A stretch of DNA of 64,000 nucleotides. Source: Lama glama. Its lineage: Eukaryota. Under the pieces are notes generated by a model. That model did no database searches. It was not told the origin of the DNA and was given only the letters and a program-made list of their open reading frames with translations. Location of the stretch: assembly GCA_028534125.1 (NCBI GenBank), contig CM052817.1:61568001-61632000 (forward strand). The letters run 5' to 3'. Each line of letters starts with the position of its first letter. Within the stretch, counting starts at the first letter, position 1. The translations under genes and the position numbers were made by a program. Below are positions 1-12,950 of this stretch, piece by piece.

Positions 1-393
1 TCATCCAGTCATCTGTAGATGGACATTTAGGTTCCTTCCAGTCTTGGCTATTGTAAAGTGCTATGCATGTTGGAGTGCATTTACTTTTTTGAATTAGAGT
101 TTTCTCCAGATACATGCCCAGGAATAGGACTGCTGCATCACATGGCAACTGTGTTTTTAGTTTTTGAAGAAAACTCTATACTGATATCCATAGTGACGAC
201 ACCAATTTATGTTTCCAACAGTGTAGGAGGGTTCCTTTTTCTCTACACCCTCTCTAGCGTTTATCATTTGTGGACTTTTTAATGATGGCCATTCTGACCG
301 GGGTGAGGTGATACCTCCTTGTAGTTTTGATTTGCATTTCTGTAATAATTAGTGCTGTTGAACATCTTTTCATATGCCTGTTGGCCATCTGTA
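1..393 (-). mobile_element. LINE-1 fragment (ORF2 C-terminal region), truncated by window edge
   Basis: Antisense L1 motifs such as 'gatggacatttaggttccttccagtcttggctattgt' and 'gatggccattctgaccggggtgaggtgatacctccttgtagttttgatttgcatttc'; the same stretch is near-identical at 7735-7850. Confidence 0.92.
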
Positions 394-1699
394 TAACATC
401 GCTACCTTACGTTGAATGAATTCCAGATGAAAAATGAGTTTATATTTTAAAGTCATTTTATAGATGTTTAGTTCTTTTAGTCCAAATAACAGATGTCCTC
501 CCCCACAATTATTTTCTTCTTTTTCTTGCCCTGGGGCAGAGCTTCCCTGGGAAAAAAATCACCTAAAATCTTTTGAAAGCTTACTTTTCCAAGACCATTT
601 GATGTAAGTCCTCTTTGGATGAACTTGACCAATACTCAGGGAACAGTTTTGGATCTTATTTTATATACTGAATTAAATAGTACTTAAATATTTTTATTCT
701 TGGTGTATTAATGAATAATTTATATAGTTATAGGATTGAAAAAATCTTGGATTCATGTAAGTGGGCAAACATGTAAAAATACTGGAGTAACTATTTAATT
801 CTTCCATTGTTTGACGAAACAACATTTATAAGCCATTTACCCTCTACAGGATTCCATAAGGGAATGAACAGGTCAAAATAATAAAGGCTCATACAAATAT
901 GTATTTTTCCCTCCTTACATGGTTATTATATATGTTTATTTTTCTTTTTATAGTACGGACTTTATACTGTTTTCACTAAATTGTGAAAAGTGTTTTATGG
1001 TATAATTCCACATAAAGGCTTCAGTTCTTACACTGTAAAATAGAGTATTATACCTTAAATCCTAAACATTCTTGCTTGTGAGCTGAAAATTAAGAATCAG
1101 GATCCAGTCAAGCCCTTCCAATTGCTTTTGGAACAGGTGCTGGGGCAAAGCTGTGAAAACAGAAAGCTGAGCGCCAAGAATTCCCATGGCTTTCAAGAAT
1201 GGAACAGACAAAACCAAAGGGTGGTCCAACAGTCACTGCCAAGTGACATAGCTCACTCTAATCACTGTATATTTTGAGAGCAAATGCACTGGAATAACGA
1301 AACCTTTTTCTTTCATTTTTACATTTTGAAACATAGGAGCTAGGACAGTTGTGAGAATTTTCTATGTTGGAAAGAGAACTTACGAGCACGGATTGGTGGG
1401 GGGGGTGCTCTGAAGCTGCGATTGTTCATTAGGAAAGCAAGAGGAAGGCGCCGGGCCCCGCTGCTTGAAGTCCTTCCGGGACTCTGCTGACTGAGGGTCC
1501 TCCCCAGCTGGGCATACTTCGAGGAGAACTCAGGGAGGGTGTCTCGGTGTGCTCCTCACATCTGCCATCACACTGGGGGCTGTGGACCCGTTGTGGTGCT
1601 ACGCCCTCTGGGGACTGTCTTCCCCACTCCCTGCCATGCTACTGGAGCCCTCCGGGTCTCAAAGCTGCGGGGGCTCAGTGCTCAGGAGCCCCCCATTTT

Positions 1700-1850
1700 G
1701 TTATGCTCCTTTGACCAGTCAGTTAGCATCTCTGGGATTCACTTTCCTTGTTTGAACACAGGATAAATAATACAAGATAAATAACAACAGGCCCACCTAT
1801 TTCACAGGGTCCGATAAAAGAATGTATACAAATGCACTTTAAAAGCAGTA
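1700..1850 (+). mobile_element. MIR SINE fragment
   Basis: 'cagtcagttagcatctctgggattcactttccttgtttgaacacaggata...cacctatttcacagggt' resembles the MIR core. Confidence 0.55.
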
Positions 1851-2559
1851 ATCTGAGGTGTTCAGGGAGGTATTTTAATTTGCACTGTGAACTGCCAGTT
1901 GATATAGTAAGATGTGCTTGGAAGTTTGAGAGAGTGCTCATGAGTACAAGAAAGGTGCTAAGAAGAAAGAACTGTAAGAGTTAAGACCAAAATAAAATTA
2001 AGGGGAAAGTGAACAGGAAGTCAGAAGTGTGAGTTGAGCTCTAAATTTGTCCACGTACAGGCTGTCCAGCTACATACAACAATCTGAGTGGTTATACTGG
2101 AGTGAGGCAAGTAGACAGCAGTGAGGGCCTGGGAGTGTGCGGACAGGAGGAAGAGGCGAGAACTTACAAGTGATAAGCACAGTGTAAACTCCTAGGACAG
2201 GAGTGGTTTTATCTGTTGACTTCACATTGTACAGACAGGTGCTTAATTGAGGGTGTCATACTTATTTATAAATATTTAAATAAAGTCTTAGATTTTACAA
2301 AGTAAGATTGTCAGTTCTTTTTTTAAGAAAAAGATAATTTATTGGAAAGATATTGAGCAGCTCACAAAGATACAAGGAGAAACTGAAGGATCAGATTTGG
2401 TTGTAGGACTGACTGGAGAGTCTCTTCAGGTCATCATTAGCAGCAGGACACATCACAGCGCAGGACACTGGCCCAGTCCAAGCTTTTCTTTCCTCCTGTC
2501 TGGAATAAACGGAAAAAGAGAAACAGCCCAGAGATCTTACTTGTTGAAATTGCATGATT

Positions 2560-3300
2560 TCTTTTAACTGTTTATTTAGAAATAGTTTAGACTTAGAGAA
2601 AGGTTACACACGGAGTACAGGGAGTTCCTTCACCCAGTTTCCTCTGTTGTTAGCATCTTGCATAACTGTAGTGCAATGATCAAAACTGGGAAATTGACAC
2701 GGATACAATACCACTAACTAAACTGTAGACCTTATTCGGGTTTCACCAGTTTTCTCATGAATGTGTTTGACCTGTGCAGAATCCAGCCCAGGATTCCACA
2801 TTCCGCGTTGTGTTAACTGTCGTGTCTCCTTGGTCTCCTCCAGTCTGTGAAGGTTCCTCAGTCCATCCTTGTCCTTCATGACCTTGACACTGTGGAACAA
2901 TGCTGGTCAGTTATTCTATAGAGTGTCTGCCAGTTTGGGTTTGTCTGGCATTTTCTAGAATTAGCTTGAGGTTATGCATCTTTGGCAAGAAAATCACAGA
3001 AGTTATACTGTGCCTTTCTATGTGCATCTGTCAGTTTATGGAATGTCAATTTACCTTCTTAATGATTTTTGTGCCTTTGGTTACAGTGGTGTCTGCCAGG
3101 CTTCTCTCCTATAAAGTTACTATTTTTATCTTTGATATTAAAAAAAAAAACCTTGTGAGGAGGTAATTTCAGAATACGAATATGTTGTTTCTCGTACTTT
3201 TAGTTACTAAATATGACATCTATCAATGGTACTTGCCTTAAAACAACGTTTGCCTAATGGTGATTTTTTATTTTCATCATTCCTTTTCCATTTATTAAGA
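2560..3300 (-). mobile_element. Old L1 3' end (L1MC4/L1MC5-like)
   Basis: 'cacccagtttcctctgttgttagcatcttgcataact', 'aaactgtagaccttattcgggtttcaccagttt' and 'ttcatgaccttgacact' are typical of L1MC 3' UTR antisense. Confidence 0.75.
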
Positions 3301-4384
3301 ATCCTATGATTTCTTAATACTTGATTGGGGTGTGATAATGACACTCATATGTAGGTAAATAATATTCTTACTAACTTCAAAATGTGGTTATCGAAATCCA
3401 GGTTGAATTATCCTTCAGATAATTGCACCCAGTTAGTGCAATGCATTAGTTTACTGAATGTCTCCAACTATTTTAGGCTTATAAGATTCTGTTTTAAAAA
3501 TCATACAGAACCTGGGAAAATTAGAAAACTATTTTGTGACAAGACTTACAGCTAGGGTAATTAGGTATAATGAGATAAAAAACCTATAGAATTAGAAAAC
3601 TTGACTGAAGGAATCCTGATGGAGTCAGATAATGCTTGTTTAAATCAGTTAATTGTTCAGATTTGGTTGACTTGATTTAAGAGGAAATATATTTAAAATA
3701 CATGTAAAATAGGTATAAAAAGGATGTAGTCCCTTTAAGAAACCAGAGTGCCACGTTTGGAAATTGTTCTGAGAAGAAGCAGCTCTCCGTAAGTGTGGGG
3801 AGAGCTTTTCAACATAATTTGCCATTATTTTGATAAAAGCAGAAAGTGCAGAGGCTCTGAGCTCTAGCCTCTAAATCAGGAACAGCCCTGGGGGAGAAAA
3901 ATTAAGAGCCTAGTGTAACTAGAAGGTGTTAAGGAGGCAATAAAACCTTTTCCTCTACATGGCAGCCAGGAACTGGCTGGAGGAGAAGGTGCCAGGGGCC
4001 ATGAAAAGGCCCAGGAACTTGAACCTGTGGCATTATTTCAGATCAAAAAGTTTAGTTGGTGTAACTGGTAGACACTGTGCATAAAACGAAGTAAAGACTC
4101 CTAATTTATAGCATCATGGGGAAAATGAATAAACATACTTAACGATGGCTGATATTCAGTAAACAGTGAATAAACCGTATTCATTTTCACAACAAATATC
4201 TATTGAGTTCTTGTGTAGTTTCACACTTAACCATACTGGGCCTTAGATTTTTATAGTCATAAAGGAGATCATATTAATGACTTCTAAAGTGCCTTTTAAC
4301 TCCGAAATGCTATGACTATACTACCATAGGTGGGAACTTGAAAAAGTACACACTGGACTTTGAGAAAGGCCAAACCAATTGCCT

Positions 4385-4950
4385 TAACTTATTTGTTAAA
4401 CACTAGCTGTGTAGCAGGCACTATACTAAAGGCTAGAAATCTCTAGACCAAATAAATAGTATTCATTCCCTGACTTATTTCAGCCGCACAGTCTATTGTG
4501 ATGGATGACCATGCAAACTATTAGTATTTAATATGGTAGACTGGTGGAAGAAAGGGGTAGTTCTCCCTTTAGGAGTGAAGGCTGGCCTCAGGGAAGTGAA
4601 GATACGAGACCTGGTCCAGGTAGAGTGAGAAGAAATTTACCAAGCAGAGAACAGTACATAAGGTAGAAGAGTTTGAATAAAAGTGTAGAAATATGGAAGT
4701 GTATGGACCTTTAAGGGATGAGTATTATACTTTAGAGAAGAACGTGGTTGAACATGAGAAAGTAAATTGGGACAAGACCAGAGTTTGACTTCTGTAGCAA
4801 CAGGGAGCCATTAATATTAAGTAAGAGTCACATGACAGATCACCCTTCTACACTGTATTTGTCAGCAGGATAGAAAATGAAATTAATGGGAATGACTGGA
4901 GGCTGAGAAAATAGTTTAAAAGATTATTTCAACAATTCAGATAACGAGGG
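4385..4950 (-). mobile_element. L2 LINE 3' fragments
   Basis: 'ttatttgttaaacactagctgtgtagcaggcactatactaaa' (antisense L2 tail) followed by a purine-rich L2 body ('agcaacagggagccatt'). Confidence 0.6.
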
Positions 4951-4959
4951 AACAATTTT

Positions 4960-5299
4960 GCAGTAACAGATCGTGTCTTCGTGTAGGACAAAGGGCAGAC
5001 ATGCTTACTGGCCATTACAAAAGATTTGAGTTCTCAGAGTTCAAGTTGCCTCTCTTGGAAAGCAAACTACTATGCATGCAAGTGTTACCGAGCCCTCTTT
5101 GCACTGCCCTGTGAGAGCTGGAGCTTGGGGAATTGATTTAAGAAGATGCCACTAGTTTGGCTATAGCTATTGATTAAGAATCTCCTTTGTTTCCAGCTCA
5201 AAATTCTCGTATCTTCTGCCAGCGCCCATAAAACTGAGGCAGGCTAACTTGGTGGCTTGTGAGTAGGGCAAAATATCAGACCCTTCACCATTCTTGACA
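4960..5299 (+). mobile_element. ERVL-class LTR 3' part (MER54-like)
   Basis: Ends in 'ggcaggctaacttggtggcttgtgagtagggcaaaatatcagacccttcaccattcttgaca', an LTR-type terminus with CA. Confidence 0.55.
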
Positions 5300-6189
5300 A
5301 GAGGTTTAGACTTACTGATGAACTGTAAAATGAATAGAGATCAAATAAGAAATGACATACTGTAAGAAAATTCCCAGTAACACAGAACCCAAGATAAGGG
5401 ATCTTTGGAAGTTTATGTAAGAGAGGACCAGCCGTAAGGAGAAATCGGACCTGGGTCAGGGATATAAGGATAGAGTTTGATCTCAGGGAAGATGATAAGA
5501 TCAAGCTGGGACCTCAGTTCTAGAAGTGTGCTGGGATACTGCATTAGGTGTCAGAAATTGTTTAGAAAGAGGGACCATGAGAAGACCCCAGTTACATGAA
5601 CTAAGGCATGCAGAGGGAGAAAAAACTCAGACTTAGAAATAAATATAGGCATATGAGAGGCTGAAAAATGTGGTAAAATATTTACAAAGAGGTTAAGCTT
5701 TTTTGTAACTTTATTTGGCCAAGAGTAATGAAAGTGGAGAGTCAAAGGAACATGATTGGCACACGTAGGAAGGATGTGGGGAGAGCTGTGACCTGGGGGC
5801 ACTGACCCTGCTGCAGGTACAAAAGGAACGACCTCGATGTTTAGCTTCACGAGAGAGGGAGGCAGATTATGGCCAAGGGTGTTTAAGTGCTTACTGTCTG
5901 CTTCAAATCTGGATTGATCTGAAAACTAAGGGTGAAATGGGCAGATCATTTGCGGGGGCTAAGAAAGCTAGAGATACTGGAGGTCAAAGCAAGACCTAAG
6001 TCCTGCTTTGATTCCATTCTCCTGCATAAACGCCTCGTGTTTCTTAGCATTGGTTCCACAAAGCTTCTAAACTCACTTATCGTTTCCATCATTGACCTGT
6101 TGTAAACACTTGATAGATAGAAAGACTACGACTTGAGCCCTTTTTGACTGTTTCTAAGACATTTCCCTTATGAAAGCTGTTTCTTAAAT

Positions 6190-6620
6190 TATCAGTTTGG
6201 TTAGGAGTACTTTCAACAAACAATAACAGAGTACCCAACGAGCCATGGCTTAAGCAGTAAAGATACCTGATTATCTCACACAATAGGAAGGTCAGCAGTT
6301 GCAGGTTTCATGAAGAAATGGCTGTATCACCAGAGACCCTGGTTCTCCCCTTCTGTTCTACTGTCTTTGATCAAGATAACAATTTGGCTGTCACTATTCA
6401 TCACTCAGCTGGTTTAAAGCCTAAGTCAAGGGTGCTAGTAAACCTTTGCCTCATTAGGTTCAGTCTATCCACTGGGGTAGAAAGTTTACTTTTCGGAAGC
6501 AATGAGCGTCTCTAATGTCTCCTTGGCTAGAACTGGATCTACACACTAGTCAAAACTGGGTCACATGCCTACCAAGACCAGTCACTAGCAAGAGGAAGGG
6601 GATCACCATGATCAACACAG
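6190..6620. mobile_element. MaLR LTR fragment (MLT1J/K-like)
   Basis: 'aataacagagtacccaac...ggcttaagcagtaaag', 'ttggctagaactgg', 'gggtcacatgcc...accagtcact'. Confidence 0.55.
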
Positions 6621-6622
6621 GC

Positions 6623-6793
6623 CAGCAGGTCTCAGATTTCATCGCACATTGAAATCATCAGAAAAAATACTGATGCCTGAGTCTTACCTCCAGCGACTCT
6701 GATGCAACTGTTCTGGGTGTAGCCCAGGCATCAGGTTTGTTTGTTTCAGTTTCCCAGGTGATTCTGCTGTGTAGCCAAGGGTGACAACTACTA
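6623..6793. mobile_element. MER5-type hAT-Charlie MITE
   Basis: 'aatactgatgcctgagtc...ctgggtgtagcccaggcatcagg...cccaggtgattctgctgtgtagccaagggtgacaactact'. Confidence 0.7.
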
Positions 6794-6929
6794 CTTAAAA
6801 CACCACTCATGATTCCTTAAAGCTGGAGGAAAGGACTAACTTCACAAGTTCAAAGGGTCTCACCTGCCAACTGAATGAAACTGAGGTAGAAAAATGGCTG
6901 CTGGTGGCCTCAGACTCGCATTTTTTTCC

Positions 6930-7190
6930 AACCCAGTGGAAAAAGGGTTCTCTTTGCCAGTATTTCCAGTAAAAGTCCAGAATTGAGTCCCACGGGACTG
7001 TCTTTGGGTCTGTGCCATCCTTGAACTAATCCTTAGGGCTGAAGGGATAGAGAATACTCATGGGCCAACCTGGGTTATGTGCCAGGAATGGAAATCACAC
7101 CAACAGAACCAAGTAGAATGCTAGTGGGAAAGGGCTGAAGAGGTGGTTCCTCAAAGGAATGTGCAGGTGCTGTTACTAGAAAAAGGAGAG
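6930..7190. mobile_element. MaLR LTR fragment (MLT1K/L-like)
   Basis: 'tgtgccatccttgaactaatc', 'ggccaacctgggttatgtgcc', 'ggtggttcctcaaagga...gtgctgttactagaa'. Confidence 0.55.
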
Positions 7191-7225
7191 AAGAAAACCA
7201 GGGGCTTACTAGTGTTCAATATGTA

Positions 7226-7876
7226 TTTTTTTTTNNNNNNNNNNNNNNNNNNNNNNNNNNNNNNNNNNNNNNNNNNNNNNNNNNNNNNNNNNNNNNNNNN
7301 NNNNNNNNNNNNNNNNNNNNNNNNNNNNNNNNNNNNNNNNNNNNNNNNNNNNNNNNNNNNNNNNNNNNNNNNNNNNNNNNNNNNNNNNNNNNNNNNNNNN
7401 NNNNNNNNNNNNNNNNNNNNNNNNNNNNNNNNNNNNNNNNNNNNNNNNNNNNNNNNNNNNNNNNNNNNNNNNNNNNNNNNNNNNNNNNNNNNNNNNNNNN
7501 NNNNNNNNNNNNNNNNNNNNNNNNNNNNNNNNNNNNNNNNNNNNNNNNNNNNNNNNNNNNNNNNNNNNNNNNNNNNNNNNNNNNNNNNNNNNNNNNNNNN
7601 NNNNNNNNNNNNNNNNNNNNNNNNNNNNNNNNNNNNNNNNNNNNNNNNNNNNNNNNNNNNNNNNNNNNNNNNNNNNNNNNNNNNNNNNNNNNNNNNNNNN
7701 NNNNNNNNNNNNNNNNNNNNNNNNNNNNNNNNNNGACGGCCATTCTGACTGGTGTGAGGTGATACCTCATTGTAGTTTTGATTTGCATTTCTCTGATAAT
7801 TAGTGGTATTGAGCATTTTTTCATGTGCTTTTTGATCATTTGTATGTCTTCCTTGGAGAATTGCTTGTTTAGGTCT
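7226..7876 (-). mobile_element. Relatively young 5'-truncated L1 spanning the gap
   Basis: Poly-T before the gap; after it the minus frame reads [32 protein letters not shown], a canonical L1 ORF2 C-terminal segment. Confidence 0.9.
7235..7734. other. Assembly gap (500 N)
   Basis: Run of exactly 500 N, preceded by poly-T and followed by L1 sequence. Confidence 0.99.
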
Positions 7877-9759
7877 AATATACTGTATTTTTGAATGAAT
7901 GAAAGAATGACATTTATTCCTCATCGTTTCCATTCCTGAGTGAGCAAAGGGAATAATTAACACACTTTACTCTCATTTAATCAGAGTTCTATTCTTCAGA
8001 GGAACAGTGTTGACTCTCAAGACATGAGTCTTTGAAATATAGCTCAGTCTGCCTTCATGTATTGAGGATTATTTCTAGTCTCAAGGGGTGAACTAAACTT
8101 CCACTAAATGGAGAAGAAGGATAGGTACATATAGAAGACACACACATTTAGCAGGAAATGAAATCGAGTATTTTTGCCCCAGCTCACCCCTCTGATCATG
8201 ACAGTGCCGATTGTGCGTCTTTGCCAGATACACGGTATCAGAACGGCATACTACCTGATTGTCATGGCACTTTCTAAAACCAAAGTCCTTTCACCTGAAG
8301 ACAGTTGTGCAACGAAATCATAGTGGGACTTTATCGCTGACGGTTCATTAAAAAACCAGGTAGGTCCTGTTGTGCTGGTAGCTTGCTTTTGCAGCCTCAA
8401 AGGGTGTTAGCGTAGTACCAAGTCACAGCCTCAGCAGCTGCTGTAGGAGATCAGAGGACATGTGAATAGCTAAAAAAGGTTAGGAGGCCAGATGTGGTTT
8501 AATCTATTTCCTGACTCTGTGACTCTCCACTTAAGGGTTAACCATTAGCTTCAGGGTAATTTTTCTGCCTGCTGACTTTTTTTTTTTCCAAGAGTTTTCC
8601 AAAGGATATTAAAATAACTATGTTCATGGTAGCCCCTTACATGCAAGGGCAATGAGGTGCTTCTTATAAATTTCCAGGAAGGGAGAATTGGAGGAAAAAA
8701 TTGTGTCTTCTCCAAACACTGCTTGTGATTTTCCACCCAGGCGAGGCTGGGGAAGGAGAAATGCTGATAAACCTTGTGATTTTGCTTGTTTTTTGGTTTT
8801 ATTTATGCTTTTAACTTTAATAGAGATAACATTTCTTGCTAGTTTGCACTGGTCTGGTGACTTGAGCAGCAGAGGAATTGAAACATTGTCTTATTTCATT
8901 CCCAGTACCTTTAAAGTGAGGGTTTCCTAGGGTCAAAGTCTTGGAACTTTCTAGGGGTATTTGTGGGAGCTTTGTAGAGGTTAGGGGGTGGTTAGTAACA
9001 ATGTGCAAAATGTAAAACACAGGGATTGAATTAGGTATTCAGTTGCCAACACTGTAAAATACCATGTTAATTCCAGCCAGGTAACTTCCCACATAATCCT
9101 TTGATTTTTGTGTGTACTGAGAGAAGATTAGTCTTACCTACAGCCCTCCTTCCCCCTTTACTTTTTACAGGAAATTTGAGAAAGACAAAAGTGCACAAAG
9201 AATGTTTCACATTTTTACCATCCAGAATTAACCAATCAACATATTTCTTCCTGAATTCCTATTTTCCTTCCTTCATCTTCATCACTTTTCTGTTTTTTTT
9301 AAAAAATAAGACATGTTGACCATAAAAAATTTGAACTATACAAAAAAGTCTGAAATGAAAGAAAATACCCCAAATCCCACACCGAAATACTCAGCATTAG
9401 GTGAACATCAGTTGCAATGCATTTCTACACATGTAGATAAGGTAGAAATCCTTTTATAAAACTGGGATCATACTGTAGATAGTGCTTTTAATGTAAAAGT
9501 ATTTAATTCTGTTTGAATGTTAAGAGAATAGAGAATGAATTGTTTAATATATATATCTAACACATACATACACATACACACACAGCTCAGGAGATTAGTA
9601 TTTCCTAAAAAACTGCTAGGTCTAAAAAATAACTTACAAATAACTTAAAAGTTGGCATGGTCATGATTTTTGAAAAATTCTTTTTAAATAGTAGAAATTG
9701 ATCCTTGGTTACCAAAGTTCGAACGTGAGCTCAGACTACCTCTTTCCCTCCTTCACATC

Positions 9760-11280
9760 CTGATTTTTGTCACTTATGTTTTTATATTGCCCCCATTTAT
9801 AATGTTTTTCTGTTCTATAGAACACATGCATATTCTTCTTAATTCTATGTTTAAATTTACTTAGTGCTGCCATCAACTCTTATCACAACTTATTTCTGTA
9901 TTGTTTGATTCAGCTCTTAAAGACTGGATTTCATTGTTAAGTAAATTTTTTTCAGAAGGGCTCATAAGGCTGTATTTAGTTCCTTTCTTTATCTTTGAGA
10001 ATTGTCTGTTGCATTTGTATTTAAACATCTTGGCCAGCTGTAATAATCGTGCTTTCCTTTTCCTTAGTGCTTGACGAACATTGCTTTATTGACTTGTAGC
10101 ATTAAACTTTGCTGTGAATTAGACTGAGTGTAGACTAATTTTCTCTGAGTAGATTTATAATTACAAATGTTTTGATTTGTAATCTGAAGGTTCCTAACTT
10201 AACTGGAGTGTGTGTCAGGCTTAAGATTTCTGTCTCAAACTTTCCTGAAATACAGTCTATATGGTGCAAATACCACATTCCCCCTTATTTTAGAGAAACT
10301 TTCTTGTATTATTTTATCTTTGAATATATTTTCTATTCTTTCAGTAGGCCTTTTGCTTGAGAGGTCTTAATTATCCTTATTTTGGAATTGACCTTATTTT
10401 CCCAAGGTATTTATTTGATCAACAGCCATATTTCTTTTCATCTCACTTTGTATAATTCCACCTTTAAGCTCTTCATTATTGTTTTGATATTCTTATTAAG
10501 GTGAACAATGCAAAACACTTGGGAGGAATCTCCTGTGTTCTGAACTTTTCTTTCTTTCCTGTCTTTTGAATGGTTTGTTCCTAGCCTCTTGCTTCACTTT
10601 GGGAGGTGGTGGTTGTTCCTTGACATTTTAATGTTTGCATGTTGTGGAGTTGCTGTGCTGTTTCTTGTATTGTTCATGCCTGAGTGTCTCTCCACTCTAC
10701 CTGCTCAGATCATGTGGGAGTGATTTCTTTCTCTAGTAACTGAGGGTTTGGATTTTTTTCCACTTCGCACATACAGCTTGAGACTCTATATGCTGTTACC
10801 CTGTCTTTCTGTGCCGTAAAGCAGTGGTAGGGGACGGGAGTAGTGTGCAGGCTGTGTTAGATGACCTGGGGTCCTGTACTTTTATCGTGAGATTTTATTA
10901 CATATCCTGTACAAGAGTTCACTTCAGTTAATTAGGACTCAATACCGCTCACACTGTGGAGTTCTCTTGGGCTTTGGATTGTTTTCTGTCTCACCCATTT
11001 CTCCCCTTTCGTCCTTTTCCACTGTTCCTCAGTCAGAAGAGGAATTGGATAATAAAACCAACTCAATTTCCTTTTCCCCATATTTGGAAGTTTTTGTGGG
11101 AATTCTTGGATTTTTGTGAACCCACCATCATGGTTTCCAGAAAGCTGAGGGCTGGATTCTGAGCCAAGTTATGTCTTTCATCATTACTTCATTCCAAAAT
11201 CAGTTGTTTCTTATTGCAGTTGATTATGCCTCTTCCCTTATTTGGTGGTTAGATGAATTTTTCTTTTTGTTGGATTTCAC
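9760..11280 (-). mobile_element. Very old L1/HAL1-like ORF1-region fragments
   Basis: T-rich degenerate stretch with motifs like 'ttttcagaagggctcata', 'ttggccagctgtaataatc', 'acattgctttattgacttgtagcatt' resembling antisense L1/HAL1 ORF1. Confidence 0.4.
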
Positions 11281-11298
11281 ACTTTTTTAACTACAAAA

Positions 11299-11520
11299 GG
11301 CAGCTTTAGTAGAGTGCATTAAGGCGTGAACACACTGCCTGGCTTCAAGTCTCTGCCACTTTCTCATTCTGAGACTTGGAATCAGGTATTTAGCTTCCAT
11401 AGTGTTAGTTTCCCAGTCGGCCTAATATCTTTCTCAAAGGATTGTTGCTAAGGTTAAATCAGTTAATAGAAGTAAAGCTTTTAAAACAGTCTCTGGCATA
11501 TGCTGAGCACTTAATGTTAG
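11299..11520 (+). mobile_element. MIR SINE
   Basis: 'actgcctggcttcaagtc...ggattgttgctaaggttaaatcagttaat...gtaaagcttttaaaacagtctctggcatatgctgagcactt'. Confidence 0.75.
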
Positions 11521-12060
11521 GTAATCTTTTTATTTTTATTATGGCTAACTTTTAAGTATTCAGCCGTGGAGAATTCTTTCCAATCTACCACCTTAAACCA
11601 GAAGTCTCTGATTCTGTTCTTCAGGTCGACATTTCCTAAAATTTTGAAACTGTGATAGACATGTCACCTGGCTAAATTGCTCAGTGAGTTTACTCAGATT
11701 GTCCCCATTGGTCCAAACTTTCTATTTATAAATTCAAATCATATAAACATGCCTATTTTTCTTCATCTTGTCCTTTTCTCAAATCTTTGATCTTTGGGAG
11801 CTTATTAAGCCCTTGAAAAATATCTGGTGCATACTAGGCACTGATCAATGTTTACTAAATAAAGATTCCTGAGAACTGCTTTACACTTGGGTTTTAATGC
11901 CTCTCTACTGTCCGTTTAAGAGTTCATGCCATTCTTTAATATATTGTGCATCCTAGTTTTTAAAAAGATCTAGAAATTTTTTTTTATTCTTGTATAACTT
12001 AACATAGTTTATTTAAAAATATTTATTTTGGTTCTGTACTTTAAAATGTTTGGTTTCTGC

Positions 12061-12247
12061 CAGTGTTTTCCAAATACTGGGTCCTGCAAGTGTTACGGGT
12101 TACACATCGGCAGTAATACTGATTCCTCTTGGCGCCTAGGTGGAGTCTGAAAAGCTGGAACAACCTGCCTTCAGCTTTGTCTGCTTAGCACTACAACAGA
12201 GGTCATTTTCTGTATGTGCCATGATATGGAATAGGTTGAAAGGAGTG
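12061..12247. mobile_element. hAT-Charlie MITE (MER112-like)
   Basis: Starts 'cagtgttttccaaa', ends 'tcattttctgtatgtgccatgatatggaataggttgaaaggagtg' (degenerate hAT terminal inverted repeats). Confidence 0.55.
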
Positions 12248-12855
12248 AATCTGAACAGTCAAGAAGTAAATTATGCTGAAAAGTAAGACACCCCAAATGG
12301 ACCCATGCACCATCTGCTTAGAGGACAAATGATGGATTTGAAAGTCCACAAAACCCCTAAAATTGTGTGCAAAGTTTGAGTATTTTTCTGAGACAAGGCG
12401 CTGTAACTTTTACAAAACCCTCAGTGTTTTTCAAAGTGCAATTTGAGATTTAGAGTCATCTGAAAAAGGTGTTTTAAGAATCTGGATTCCTAGGACCCAT
12501 CTTACTAAATACTAAATCCTTTTAAATGACTAAAGTCCTTTACTTGTCCAAAATATTTGAAAATTCTTTCTGCATGAATGCCTATTTTTATTAAGTTGAG
12601 GCTGGGTGTAAAGTGCGTGTGTCAAAATTGGGGAAAAAATTCTGTGGTTTTTATTTGACAGTAAGGTCTGGATTTATTGATAATATAAAGATGTGACTAA
12701 AAGTTAATAAGATCTTCTGCTTCACTGATGAAAGTTTACATGTAGAAGAAGAGAGAAAATTTTCCTTTAATTCTTCACAAATTATATCACACATAGGATA
12801 TGTTCTCTCTCAAACTTTGGATGGAAGTTATAGGACAACTAATTTCAGATCATAC

Positions 12856-12950
12856 AAAACAACTTTCCCTTAGTCAAAGCTGCTTCATGATGGAATGGGC
12901 CATTTTGGGGGACTGTAAGTTTCCATCTCACTAGAGGGGTTGAACATAAG
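12856..12950 (+). mobile_element. CR1/L3 LINE 3' end fragment
   Basis: 'aactttcccttagtcaaagctgcttcatgatggaatgggc...tgtaagtttccatctcactagaggggttgaacataagg' resembles the L3 3' region. Confidence 0.5.

Noticed and set aside
7143..7963. ORFs of 201-270 aa
   Set aside because: Artefacts of translating through the 500 N gap; the real residues are L1 ORF2 remnants
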